This document shows positions 25,374 to 36,811 of a stretch of DNA of 64,000 bases, piece by piece. Every line of letters begins with the position of its first letter. The first letter of the stretch is position 1. Below the pieces are notes generated by a model. That model saw only the letters and a list, made by a program, of their open reading frames with translations, was not told where the DNA came from and did not search any database. The translations under genes and the position numbers were made by a program. This DNA comes from Lepidodermella squamata (lineage: Eukaryota; Animalia; Gastrotricha): positions 1,674,001 through 1,738,000 of the forward strand of contig JBLDXI010000013.1 of the NCBI GenBank assembly GCA_047495785.1, in the 5' to 3' direction.

Positions 25374-26565
25374 CATTGTCGCTATCCGAGCTAGAATCTG
25401 ACTGCCCTTGTTCAGTGCCATTAGCAGCAGCATTTTGCGACAGTTTAGCTAACTTTGCCTTCTTGCGCTTCTCAAAATATTCCGCAACATGTTGGTGAGG
25501 ATGCCGCTCAAGCCACAGGCGCGGTGCCCTCAACGAAAACGTCAACGACATGTTATTTGAAACAAAAAAGCTCTCCAGTGTCTTGAGGAGGCTAGCTGTC
25601 CGATCTGAAGCGCCGTAGCACCTCCACGGCCACACTGATTTCCCCGAGTTTCCATGTACCATCAGTAAAGAATTATCAGGCATTTTAGTCGCACAGCAAA
25701 TAGATGAGGTCGGCTCTTTAAAATCGGGAATCAGATCAGAAACCTTTTCAGTTTCGAAACTGAATGACTCTTCCCCTTCGGCAATCAGACTAAATCCGTA
25801 TAAATGAGTGGAATCCTCACCGGTGACCAGCCAGGTATACTTATGAGGCCCGCTGAGTAAACACACCAAACTTTTCGGTCGATTTTGACATAGAACGAAT
25901 GTGTTTTCGTCAAAAAGTGAAAGCTTGGCCAAACAAGATCCGTTGACGATGTTCCATAAACACACAGCACCATCTCCACCCAAACTCATGATGAAATTAG
26001 GCCATTTTTGACTATCAGGAAGCGACAATGCAACAATATATTGAGTGTGACCAAGGCAAACTTGGTGTAAATTGTGAGTAGCGGGGTAATGAAAAATTGA
26101 TAGCCGTCCATCACGATCCCCGACCGCTAAGTACTTCGCGCTCCCCGAACCGCACAAACTCAACGCCAACACGACTGCAACACGGCTACCGATTCCTATC
26201 GGTACCATGGACGGAGACTCCGATGAAAAAGAATCAGTAGATATCGCCCAAATGCAGCCGGATTTGTCACCGACAACTAACGTATCGCCTGAAACATTCC
26301 ACGATAAAGTTGAAACGTTTCTCTCGAGAGTTGCAGACAATTTGGACCATGAATTAGAGCTAGCTTCAAATGATAATACAGCAATTACTCGTTTGCTCGA
26401 AACTGCAACACGGCTGTGCTTGGAGTCGAAACTGACGCAATCAATTCCATCTGAGAAATCACTTCCAAGTTCCGGACGCTGAACACTTTCCTCACGAACA
26501 AAGAACAATGAGTCCCGAGAAACTACCGCAAGGCATGAACCGACTTCAAAGTAGTTTATGTCCAT
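25369..26565 (-). CDS. WDR4: WD repeat protein 4 / Trm82, non-catalytic subunit of the tRNA m7G methyltransferase; intronless, 398 aa
   Basis: Single long ORF. GDRDGRLSIFHYPATHNLHQVCLGHTQYIV resembles the WDR4 signature ADRDEKIRVS..P..IESFCLGHTEFV. Also SLGGDGAVCLWN and a C-terminal YFEKRKK. Confidence 0.8.
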   Translation of the reverse strand: MDINYFEVGSCLAVVSRDSLFFVREESVQRPELGSDFSDGIDCVSFDSKHSRVAVSSKRVIAVLSFEASSNSWSKLSATLERNVSTLSWNVSGDTLVVGDKSGCIWAISTDSFSSESPSMVPIGIGSRVAVVLALSLCGSGSAKYLAVGDRDGRLSIFHYPATHNLHQVCLGHTQYIVALSLPDSQKWPNFIMSLGGDGAVCLWNIVNGSCLAKLSLFDENTFVLCQNRPKSLVCLLSGPHKYTWLVTGEDSTHLYGFSLIAEGEESFSFETEKVSDLIPDFKEPTSSICCATKMPDNSLLMVHGNSGKSVWPWRCYGASDRTASLLKTLESFFVSNNMSLTFSLRAPRLWLERHPHQHVAEYFEKRKKAKLAKLSQNAAANGTEQGQSDSSSDSDNE

Positions 26566-27159
26566 TTATATTTTTGTAGCAGTGAACTACACAACTAGAG
26601 GTGGAAAAAACATCATTAGTTAGGCAGAAATATATGCAATGACAAATCCACATGCTACTTTCTAGTTTTCCTCCTCCTAAGCTTCCTATTCATATGGCAA
26701 ATGGCAAGTGTACTTTTCCACAGCCTCTCTATTTGTGCGACCCACGGCCCACAGGAAGGTGACAAAACTGCACATTTGATTTATAGCGCAGGCAAAAAAG
26801 GCAACACAATCAAACGCGCGCGGATCATTGCACGCAATCAGGCTCACATTAACATTTTTTCGGAAGGACTAGTGCGACAGATAACTTTGTAGAGACTGCA
26901 CCCTGCGCAATAAATAGCCGAACCGTGTCAAAAGGCTACAGTTGGCAGGCAACATCTACTCAAACAGCGACACGGCGACAAGTTCCTAGCCAAGCTGCGC
27001 GGGGTCATTGAAAAAATCGGGTCGAGCTGTGCGCCCGTTAAGCGCGGTCAGCTGATCAGTCTGTGAACCTTCACTTGTTTAATACGATTGAGATAACAGT
27101 AATTTTTAAATCGAAGATTTATATGTTATACAACAATTAGCTAAAAATCAGCTGATTTC

Positions 27160-27739
27160 AAAAAAATAAAAAATAAATAAAAGAGCGGTTCCATTTGAGT
27201 TTTGTTGGCCAGAGCAGCATCATTTCGTTGCAGCCTCGTCAGCGTCGCAGTGGTCTTATGGTCTTATGGCTCTTTGTCTAACCGGTCTCTTTCCGTGCCT
27301 TTGGATTTTGGATAGTCGGAAGGCCATCTGTGACGGGCTCATCGAATCTCGCGTTGGCTACTGCGAAATCTCCCTAGAAGTGTGTTCCGAGAAAGCAAGC
27401 GCTGAAGAAGCACAGCACCCCGGCATTGGATCACGTATCGCTCATGTTCTGCAGTAATGTAGGCATAATGAAGCCGGAAGTTTTCCAGTTGAGCCTTTAA
27501 TTCACGACCTTTGCTTTCCGGCAGACTGTGAACCTTCACTTCAACACCCTCAGCCATTCAGTTCTCCACCGCGGCACGACGGCGTGGAGTAGCGCCACTT
27601 ACTCAACATGAATTCGTCCCTTCAATTCATTCAGAAGGTGAAAAGGTCTTTATTTTGTCGCAAAGCCGCCTACCTGATGCAATTCTTTATCGAGCAGGTG
27701 TCCGAGCGAACCAGATAGATCATAGCTCTTTTTTATCAT
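27160..27739 (-). pseudogene. Possible decayed Qb-SNARE (VTI1/GOSR2-like) fragment
   Basis: The peptide VEVKVHSLPESKGRELKAQLENFR..LLQRLLSRNT resembles the VTI1 Habc C-terminal segment. Flanking frames are broken by stops and by an 8-bp duplication (CCATAAGA). Confidence 0.3.
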
Positions 27740-28065
27740 TTATTTCTAATTGGCAGTCCCTGCGCCTAACATCTAATTATCAGTGACAGGCTTTTCTCCC
27801 GTATCCCGTATCGCCGCTAGCCCTGTTGAATCAACAAAATTGGTAACAGGGTCTAGCATCCAGCCATCCACCGCTGGTGAACTCTGAGCGCTTCCTAAGC
27901 GACGCGGTGTGCGCAAAAGCTATACGCACACCACGACGCGTCCCTTTCGCGCCCATTGATTTGAGTTACTTTTTATCATGTTTGTTGTTATTTTTACATT
28001 GATTTGTTCGTGTTAGAAAGCATCGCTGGTCATAAGCTCGCTTATTATCCCAGGTTCAATTGGAA

Positions 28066-29873
28066 ATGTTACGCATTTGTTCATCATATAACATCGAGAG
28101 GCGGCTCTTTAGCCTGAAATCGATGTGGCTCGATGTCGTCAGTAAGCCACGGTTGGTCGATGGTCAGGGCGAGCTCCCTTTTATTGATAAGGAGTTTTGG
28201 AAGAAGAATGCCTCTCTCTCTGCAAAAATATCCGCATTGAAGCGTCCTGTGCAAGATCAGCGTGTTGGTATATTAACTGGAAATAATCGTGAATTTCTGT
28301 CATCGATATTTGCTACATGGATAAGCGGAAAATCAGCTGTTCCCATGAGTGCCTCTCATCCTTTGCCCCAATTACAATATTATCTGGAAGATTCCGGCGC
28401 CAATATAATTTTAACGGACAGGAATAACAGAGAGCTTGCATTCAGACTCCAAAATTCAGCTAAGGACAGAAATATCGAGGTGATCGTAACGGAAGATTGC
28501 CCCACTATATCCAAGGCTGAATTCTTCATCGCAAATGCTGGCAAAATGTTTCAGATCGGCGAAAATTCCGAAGCAGTTATCCTATATACGAGCGGAACTA
28601 CCGGCAAACCGAAAGGTGTCAGCTTATCTATGAGAAACATCGCTACCCAGGTTCATGCGCAAGCTAAAGCCTGGAAATGGTCTTCTAGTGATATCGTATT
28701 ACACACGTTGCCGCTGTATCATACACACGGATTAGTAAATGCTTTTTTAACGCCAATTTTTCTTGGCGCAGCCGTTGTTATGAGACCTCGCTTTGACGAA
28801 GAAGAGGTAAGTAAAGCTGCAATTCACTTTCAATGTTGCATTGAAATTTTATCGCTATCAGGTTTTCAAGTATTTGACTGCCGAAAAAGTGACTCAAAGA
28901 GGTCCTGTCACTGTTTTCACCGGCGTTCCCACCATGTATTCCAAGCTGCTGGATTACATGCGGAAATCGAAACAATCGAATGTCAAAAGCAGACTTAGAA
29001 ATATTCGACTCCTAATGTCAGGAAGTGCCCCTCTATCCGAATCGGTAAAATTGCACGTTTTTGATCGCCATTTGATATATGATTTATTTAGTTGGCGAAA
29101 GATTGGCATGATGAAACCGGAGTTCAACTACTTGAGCGTTATGGCTGCACCGAAACAGGAATGGTTTTGACAAACCCACTTGAGGGTCGTCGCAATATTG
29201 GTAAAATTGTCCACCCAACTTTCACAATTTTCCATTTAACAAAATGTTTGAAGGTTACGTTGGAATGCCATTCGATACTGTAAATGTACGTTTGGTACAC
29301 AGCCAAACTGGAAAAGTAATTCTCTCAGCCGACGGTACGGGGGTGAAATCCATGGTCCCCGATGAAAAAGACGACTTTGCCGAGCTTCAAGTTTCTGGAC
29401 CAAGCGTATTTTCGCGGTATATCAACCGAGACAGGGAAACATCCGATGCGTTCGCCGTGGACCCGGACGGTACAAGGTGGTACAAGACTGGAGATTGCGT
29501 ATCGTTCTCAAACGAGTTGAATAGCTTCAAAATAAACGGCCGAGCCTCTGCTGATGTGATCAAAAGTGGCGGATACAAAATCAGCGCATTAGACATTGAG
29601 ACCAAATTGGGTGAACATGACCAAATTAAAGAATGTGCTGTGTTCGGCATCCCAGATCCTAAATGGGGAGAGCGAATTGTTCTGATAACTCAGCTTAACC
29701 ACACCAATGAACCTTTCGACCTCGAAACGTTGAAGGCCTGGTGCAAGTCTCGAATGCCACATTATTGGACTCCGACTGAGCTAATTGTGCTGGACAAGCC
29801 AATTCCTCGAAATGCCATGGGTAAAGTCAACAAAAAAGAACTGCGAAACATCTTCTTTCCGCCGAAGAATTAG
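28066..29873 (+). CDS. ACSF3: Acyl-CoA synthetase family member 3 (malonyl-CoA synthetase-like, probably mitochondrial); exons 28066-28806, 28862-29044, 29092-29200, 29254-29873 (~550 aa)
   Basis: AMP-binding motif [12 protein letters not shown], plus [66 protein letters not shown] and [12 protein letters not shown]. Introns of 55, 47 and 53 nt. Confidence 0.9.
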
Positions 29874-30196
29874 TCAAACTTTAATTTTACACTAATTTAA
29901 CCGGTCTAATTTTGTTCTGCTTGTGATTTTTGAACTCTGTGAAAATATTGAGATTAAAAAAAAAACAGATTTATGACGTTTCATTTTATTAGACTTTCCT
30001 TCATTCACATGTAAACAAGAGAAACTTCGTGCCGTGCTTTATTACTATGTAATTATTCTTTAAAAGAAGACTGACCACAATATAAGAATCTTATGGTAGC
30101 TTTTCATAAAATGAAAAAGAGAAAAAGAAGAGGAAACGCAAAAAATTGAATAATGCCAAATCATCCGGACTGTGTAAGACGTTGTTGCATAGCAGA

Positions 30197-32222
30197 TTAC
30201 CTAAGCTTCTCCTTTGCTGGAGCAGCAAGCAGACTAGCAGTTTCCTCCGTGCCTAGGCTGGATGTCAATAGACCGCCAGCACCGTTTGGTTTCTTGAGAA
30301 ATTGCCTTGCTTTATACTTCTTAATTTCGTGATAAGCCAGTGCGACTCCGACAACTATCGCTGAAAAGCCGATGAAACCAGCAAGGATCGAACTCGTAAC
30401 AGGGTAGCCCAAATTGTCGACGGAAGGTCCGGAAAATACGAGACCGATGAACCCGCCAAGACTCATCAGACTGTTGTAAACGGCTGTGGAAAAAATTAAA
30501 AATAAATTCTATAGGGCTAACCAGGCAAATTTTTCATCCTACCAGAAACAGCCGAGCTAGTGCTAAGATCTTTCGCCTTGTCGTCTTTATCTTTTTCTTT
30601 GTCTTTTTCGCCGCCTTCACTGTCTATGAGGTCAGCAGTTGAATCCGAGCGATTTACGCCAGATTCCGTGTCATCGATCGATTTCACTTTGGTCGCAGGC
30701 GATGGATTAACCGGGGTTCGTAGAATTTCGAACAGCACACGAGTTGCAGGCGCCAGAACGAAAGCTAAGCCGAGTCGCGACAAGAAAACCCCAGAGATGA
30801 CCACAATCGCTAGAAGAGTGAGCGAGAAATCGCTGGTTCCGAACCCAGACTGGCTCGAGCCGACTGTTAGAGGGGCGGCCCAACACGGCTGTTGGCTCAG
30901 TTGATCCATTGTTCCAGGGCTCATCGTGGTCGTCATGTTTTTCAGCACGCTATGCAAGTCCGGAACGACTGTGGTCAACGAAACAGTCGCGACAGAGGGT
31001 GACATGGCGTAATAATAGCTGGAGGTCATATTCGCCAGAATGTGGAAAATGTCTTGAAGGAACGGGGACGGGCCGATCAGAAGGAAAGCTGAACAGCTTA
31101 TAATGCAGCCAAACTAAAAAGAATAATAAATCGAAATAATGATGAAGCCCGTAAAATTAATTTAAACTTACAAGAATGTACACTAAACTGTAGCCATGTT
31201 TATCGTTCAATCGGCCAATGATTGGACTGGACAGGGCAAATGAGCAACCAGCACCAAAGAGGACGACACCGATTTGACCGGGTGAGAGTTTGAATTCGGA
31301 AAGGTGGTAAACGATGAGTGTATTGACGAATGACGTAGCGCCGTAAGCGGCCAAGAAAACGTAGCAGATAATCCAAGAGATGGGTTGACGCCATAAATTG
31401 CACAACGGCCAGCTAAAATTTAAAAAATCCAAATAGTAATCAATAATTCACGTTATTGGCTAATATTTACTTTTGAACGCTGGAAGAGTCGTGTATGACC
31501 AGTTTGGGCAGCATGCATGCGACGATTAAGCCAACAATCGGCAAGATAATGCCAAATGGGATCGTCGTAGCCGGAAAGCCGCCATATTCAAACAGGAAAC
31601 CACCAAGCAGCGGGCCAGTGATTTGCCCCAGCTGGTATGACGTTTCCAAACAGCCGTAAATAAATGAAACGCGATCCTAGATTATCGGCGAAAATGTTTT
31701 GAAAAAAATCGGAGTGAAAAAATGACTCACGGGATCGAAATATGGAGCTATCGAAAACAGCGCAGCGCAAATTTGAATCATTCCAACGTTGTATATTAGC
31801 GAGGTCGTGTAAACGATTGCTCGATAAGTATTTCCAGGAGGGCTCCAATGAGTACAACCTGCACTCAAAAATTTAAAATTCAAATTTAACTTGACTGCAA
31901 GAGTCTTACCCATCAAAACTGTGCAAACCGAGGCGATAACAACACCAAAGGCCAGAACGATTCTAGCCTCGACCTTAGTGACCAGATAACACGCAACGGG
32001 ATATAGAGCAGCAGAGAAAATGTAGGTGAAACCGTAGAAAATACCGATTTCAGTGAGGCCGATGCCCTTGCAACGAGCCTCAGGGACAAAAAACGGCACA
32101 AATGTAGCAATATTTAAACCCATCAGGAACAGCACGGCTGCTTCGAGGCCTAGGTAGAGCTTCCAGTTCTTCGAACGCTGCGTCGCCGACGGCGATACGA
32201 TGGACTTGTCTTCGCCGCCCAT
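30197..32222 (-). CDS. MFS transporter, SLC18B1-like; exons 32222-31910, 31858-31731, 31676-31471, 31412-31172, 31113-30543, 30483-30197 (~581 aa)
   Basis: Many hydrophobic helices. Motifs FVPFFVPEARCKGIGLTEIGIFYG, LETSYQLGQITGPLLGGFLFEYGGF, SPIIGRLNDK, FLLIGPSPFL and AVYNSLMSLGGFIG are typical of SLC18B1-type MFS proteins. Introns of 51-59 nt keep frame. Confidence 0.8.
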
Positions 32223-33350
32223 GTTTCTTCACTACCTTTTAAGCAGGCCTAAATAATTGATGTGGTGAATGTAATGCAATTACACGCAGAAAAAACTGAG
32301 CAGTATACGAAAGTGCATGTGAAATGGCTAATAATAATAATAATTTTATCAGCATACGATAATGTGAGAAATGAGACACCTGTGTTCGCACTTACCTAAA
32401 GGCCGCCCAAAAGGCGAAACAAAAGAATACCTGAGCACTGAGAAGGGCGTTACGAATCTTGACTGTCCTGTGGCTATTGTTAGTATTTGTTTGGCGCGCA
32501 TAACTCGAGGATTATAAACAAAGTTACGAAGATCGCGCGACGGGGCACGCAAGTCTATTCCGTTGTTGCCCTTGGATGCGCTTGATTTGCAAGGAGAGCG
32601 CCCGCCCGGTCGGGTGTTCCTTCTGGATCGGATTAGGCAAAGAAAACGAACAAGGCGACGGTTGATTTCAGCGCATAGCAATTAGACAGAAACTGGTTTG
32701 TTGTTAGACTGGGCCCGCATCTGTACCTACCGCCACCACCACTACTGCTGCTGCTGCACTGCTACTAGTGAGAGGCGGGGGCACAGATGGCCTTGGGCTT
32801 CAGACTGACCGGAAGTATAACACATCGTATGCTATTATATATATGTAATAACAGCAAAAGGCAAACACCAAATTAAATTGGCTAGCATGCAAAGACGCGC
32901 TCCATTCACGCAAATTATTGAGAATAACTTGCATATTGCTATACTAATAAGGCGGTAATGCTCACGGAATTTTATTATACTACTGCTGGTAGTTGTTATT
33001 AAAAATATGGATGAGATCTGTAACTATCCTCGCTCAGTGTTTACCCTGCCACATTCGACAGTTCTTTCCTCGCATTATTACTAGCAATTACAATGCCAAT
33101 ACAGCATTACAAGCGGCAAAGTGATAAAGGCCCTGTTTACCAATCGCCTCGGAAAAACAAGACAGCTATCGTATTAATACCAACAAAGCAGAACGGAGAT
33201 ATTTGTATATAAAAAGAAAGAGACGTGTGGAAATTCAGTAGCGGTTATCGGTAATTTTTTTACCTCTACTACAGCACTGCAGCCTGTTCAGGCTAATGGC
33301 ATTTTACCGTAGAAAAAATCGACATGTAGTGACTTTGATAAACCCAACTA

Positions 33351-33788
33351 CCGTATTTTACGAATTATAAGACCCGGCCCTATATTTTTTTCAAACGAGG
33401 TTCAAGCCCTGCCCTGTATTTAGGGTCTGCCCTTTATTTCGGTTCTGCCCTTTAATTTTTCGAAACAAATCAGTCACCTGAAGAGTACCTCGATCAACAG
33501 TTAGAACCTCCAAATAAGCACTGCCTTCCACCCGTGACTACACGCGTGAAATGTTTGCTCAAGTGGATTAAGGTGGATAAAGGACGATTATCGCTCTTAC
33601 TGACGATAAATCGGAACCTATCCAACTTTAACCACTTACCCAGCAGGCGCTCATGTAAGCCACTTCCTACAAGGCCCTGCCTATTAATACGGTTCTGCCC
33701 TTTATTATTTCAAATGACCGTTACCCCCTGCCCTTTATTCCGGTCCTGCCCTATATTTGGGTCCTGACTAATAATTCGTAAAATACGG
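33351..33788. mobile_element. Non-autonomous Tc1/mariner (pogo/Tigger-type) MITE, 438 bp
   Basis: Perfect 18-bp TIR CCGTATTTTACGAATTAT with TA duplication. Multiple subterminal direct repeats CTGCCCT(T/A)TATT. Confidence 0.85.
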
Positions 33789-34817
33789 TAATAATAAAAT
33801 GATTCGCTGCAAGTTTCAGAATATTATAACTACCAAATTGCTATAGAGGTGGTGCCGTTTCATACAATAAATAACGATTTTTTCCACGATGTTTTCACGT
33901 AAGAGACGAGGATTAAATATCAGCTGCATATACAGCAAATAAAATGCATGCGCTCATCTCACCATCGCATTATATTATGTGTATGTTTTTTATATTTGCC
34001 TACATGATACGTTCTGACCACGCTCTTGTGCTCGCTAGGTGAACGCATGATGCCGACTTTTTTCACACTAATATCAGTAAGGGTATGAGTATAATAGCGT
34101 GCTGTATATTAGGTTGTAAAAGGTGAGGTTGTAATAACGGCATAATTAATCGACTAGAAATTACGAAAGCTTTCGACGAGAAAACTGCACACTATAATAT
34201 ATGACGGATCATTGCAAAAAAACTCAGCAGCACTAGCTCATTTCATCAGTAGTTAGTGAGGGTATGGTGAGGGGGTCGCGCTGTAAAAATTATGTCGATT
34301 CATAGCTCATAGAGGGAGAACGATAAAGAGACGGATCACGGGCCGCATTGCAAAAGACGGAAACAGGACGATGACGCCGTGCTCTGCATGGCGCGCTGTT
34401 TTTTGTGTTTTTTATTCATTGAAATAGTACACACAAGTTTTTCATCTAAGCAGCAGCAGCGAGGCAATAATCATTGTCATGGCAACATGGCATGATCGGC
34501 ATGCAATTCTGTAAGACGATGACGGAATTATGGGCAAATGGCACCACCGCTATAAGAATCCTTAGGGAATAGAGTTCTCTTAGCGCGACACAAAATAAAA
34601 AAATATCTTTCCAGTTTTTATCAATTGATTTTCCGAGCATGGCCTTCGTAAAAAACGAAAGATAAACACAGCTGTTTCAACAGACAATCATAATATGAAT
34701 ATTGCACCTTGCGCGAGAAAGCAAGATGGTCTGGAACCACGCTCATTTTTTTTATTAAACCTAAACTAATCAATTGAGCAATGATATTAATGTAGCATTC
34801 CACCTCCGTAATGATCG

Positions 34818-36811
34818 TCAACAGTAGCCCAAGTTTTGGCATTTCTGAGGACAAACAATCAGTCTTTGTTTCCAAAATGGAGGCGGTAAAGGCCAATACA
34901 ACCGAGGCGAGATGTTGGCTCGATTCCTTTCGATCCTGTGTAGAAAAAACATTGTTTTAAAGAGATACATTCAAGCGTGACGTTAAGATGTTTTATACCA
35001 CATAATTTTTCGCTGGACTGCGCAAAATCGGAAATCGATAGGCGTAGTGGTAGGATAAACTAAACATGAAGAGAAAATAATTTCGGACATAGCAATCAAT
35101 ACGTCACATACAGGTGGCTGCTGGTCGGTCCGTTAATCTTGGCCTTCTCGTTGCAGGAGTCGTAGTCGCATTTTGCACAGGAGTAGTTGTTTCTGGAATA
35201 ACTATCAGCTTAACCAGACCAGGTCGGTACATGATTATTTCGCAAAATCTCCCAGTAAATCCAGCCAAACACAGGCAAACCCAATCATCAACTGAGTCCA
35301 CAGTCACGTTGTAGCTTTCGGAATAATCGTTATACTGATCAGATTCGTTCACAGCCGGTCGTCCGCCGTGGAAACAGGTCGGTTTTATGTCATTCAAAGT
35401 TTGAACCAAATTGTCATCTAATCGTTCGCAGCTTGCAATTGAAAAAAATTGACGATCAAAATATAATTGGAAATTGAATGGCAAACCTTAACCCGACGTA
35501 GTCTCCGACACATTTACAATACCATTGATCATCCTGCCATTTCAAGCTTCCGAAATAGCAAACAGGAACGCCGTTATCGTCATCGATGCCAAAACTTTGT
35601 TGTTTAGGCATGTTCAAGGTGACATTTGTGAATTCGCACCGAGGCCCGTAGAATATCGGCGACGAGCAGTTACACAGCTTGGCGGTTCCATTGATTATTT
35701 CAATGATAGCCGAGTCATTAGCAGCAACCAAGTCGTCAACCCATCCTAAAAGTGTTGAATTATTGGCGCAATATGTCGACGGATCTACGCCTTGGGGGAG
35801 AGACAGTTTCTCGCAGAAATAACCAGAGGCGAGCCGATAATCACAATGACAAGTTTGAGTTTCTATCGACAGCAAACCGCCGTTGTAGCATGTCCACGGG
35901 ATCGAAGTCATGTTCCGTTTAGCGAAGAGGACAAATAATGAAGAATCGCGCCATATATATTTCTGGCACACATTCCTCCTCAGGAAGCACTGTTCGTTAT
36001 CGGCAGAATAGGCAAAAGCGTTGCAACGGTAGTCGTTCGTGCATTGAGCACCACAATCGGTCAAATACCGTGCGGTCGTAGTTCGGTAAGCCGAAGCGTC
36101 GCAAAATTGCGGGAATTTTTCATAAGCAACAACTGAAAAAAAATCAAACCAGTCAAAATTTCAAGATTTACGTAGGACATATTTACATGTTTGAAGAAGC
36201 GGAGGCCGCAGCCATAACTCGCAACTCTCGACCATAATTGGGGCTGTGTTGATAACGTAAAACTGAGAGAAATCAATCACAACAACTGCATGCATTTGCA
36301 CCCACTGAGTATTGACATTGTTACTCGAAAAAGGAACCCAATTGAACAAATAGGTTCCGGGCGGTTTTGTTTCCCGTGAATTATGCGTTATAGCTGGATG
36401 ATAATTCTCTAACCCACCGGGCACTGGCATTCCACAACTCAAGCCATGGAATAGAGCATGATCCCAATAAACCCAAGTTCCTAACGGCCGACGTTGCAGC
36501 TGTTGTCCAGGTTCGTTTTGAAGATATTCGATGCCAACTGCAAAGAAGCCCTTGAATGGCACATTAGCGGTTAATTTTACGAACATAGGTGCTCCGGGAC
36601 AATAAAAATCAGCCATCTCCAGCCTAAACGGCTCAAAATCTGCTTTAGCGGGGTTAAAAGATGATTTTCCATCTTCACGGCCATGAACTGGTTTCAAGAG
36701 CTGGCAGGCTGCGCTTGGGGCACCATCAGGGAACGAATCGACCGGAAATGTAACGAAAGATATTCCGATGAAAAGAGAATAAATTTGCGTACAGAATTTC
36801 CGGCTTTCCAT
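34818..36811 (-). CDS. Secreted Reeler + PAN/Apple + EGF-like repeat protein; exons 36811-36187, 36132-35487, 35431-35112, 35059-34999, 34935-34818 (~589 aa)
   Basis: Signal peptide, then a Reeler domain (FPDGAPSAACQLLKPVHG..FKGF..AITHNS..FNWVP). PAN-like CGAQCTNDYRCNAFAY..C. EGF-like units CYNGG..CHC..GYFCE, CNC..YGPRCE, CKC..YVGL.CE and CLCLAGFTGRFCE. Thr-rich linker. The last two exons are inferred from splice sites and phase. Confidence 0.75.

Noticed and set aside
33351-33788. Regularly spaced short repeats reminiscent of CRISPR arrays or iterons, plus a B-box-like GGTTCAAGCC
   Set aside because: The context is eukaryotic, the repeats are subterminal motifs inside a TIR-bounded MITE, and there is no tRNA cloverleaf.
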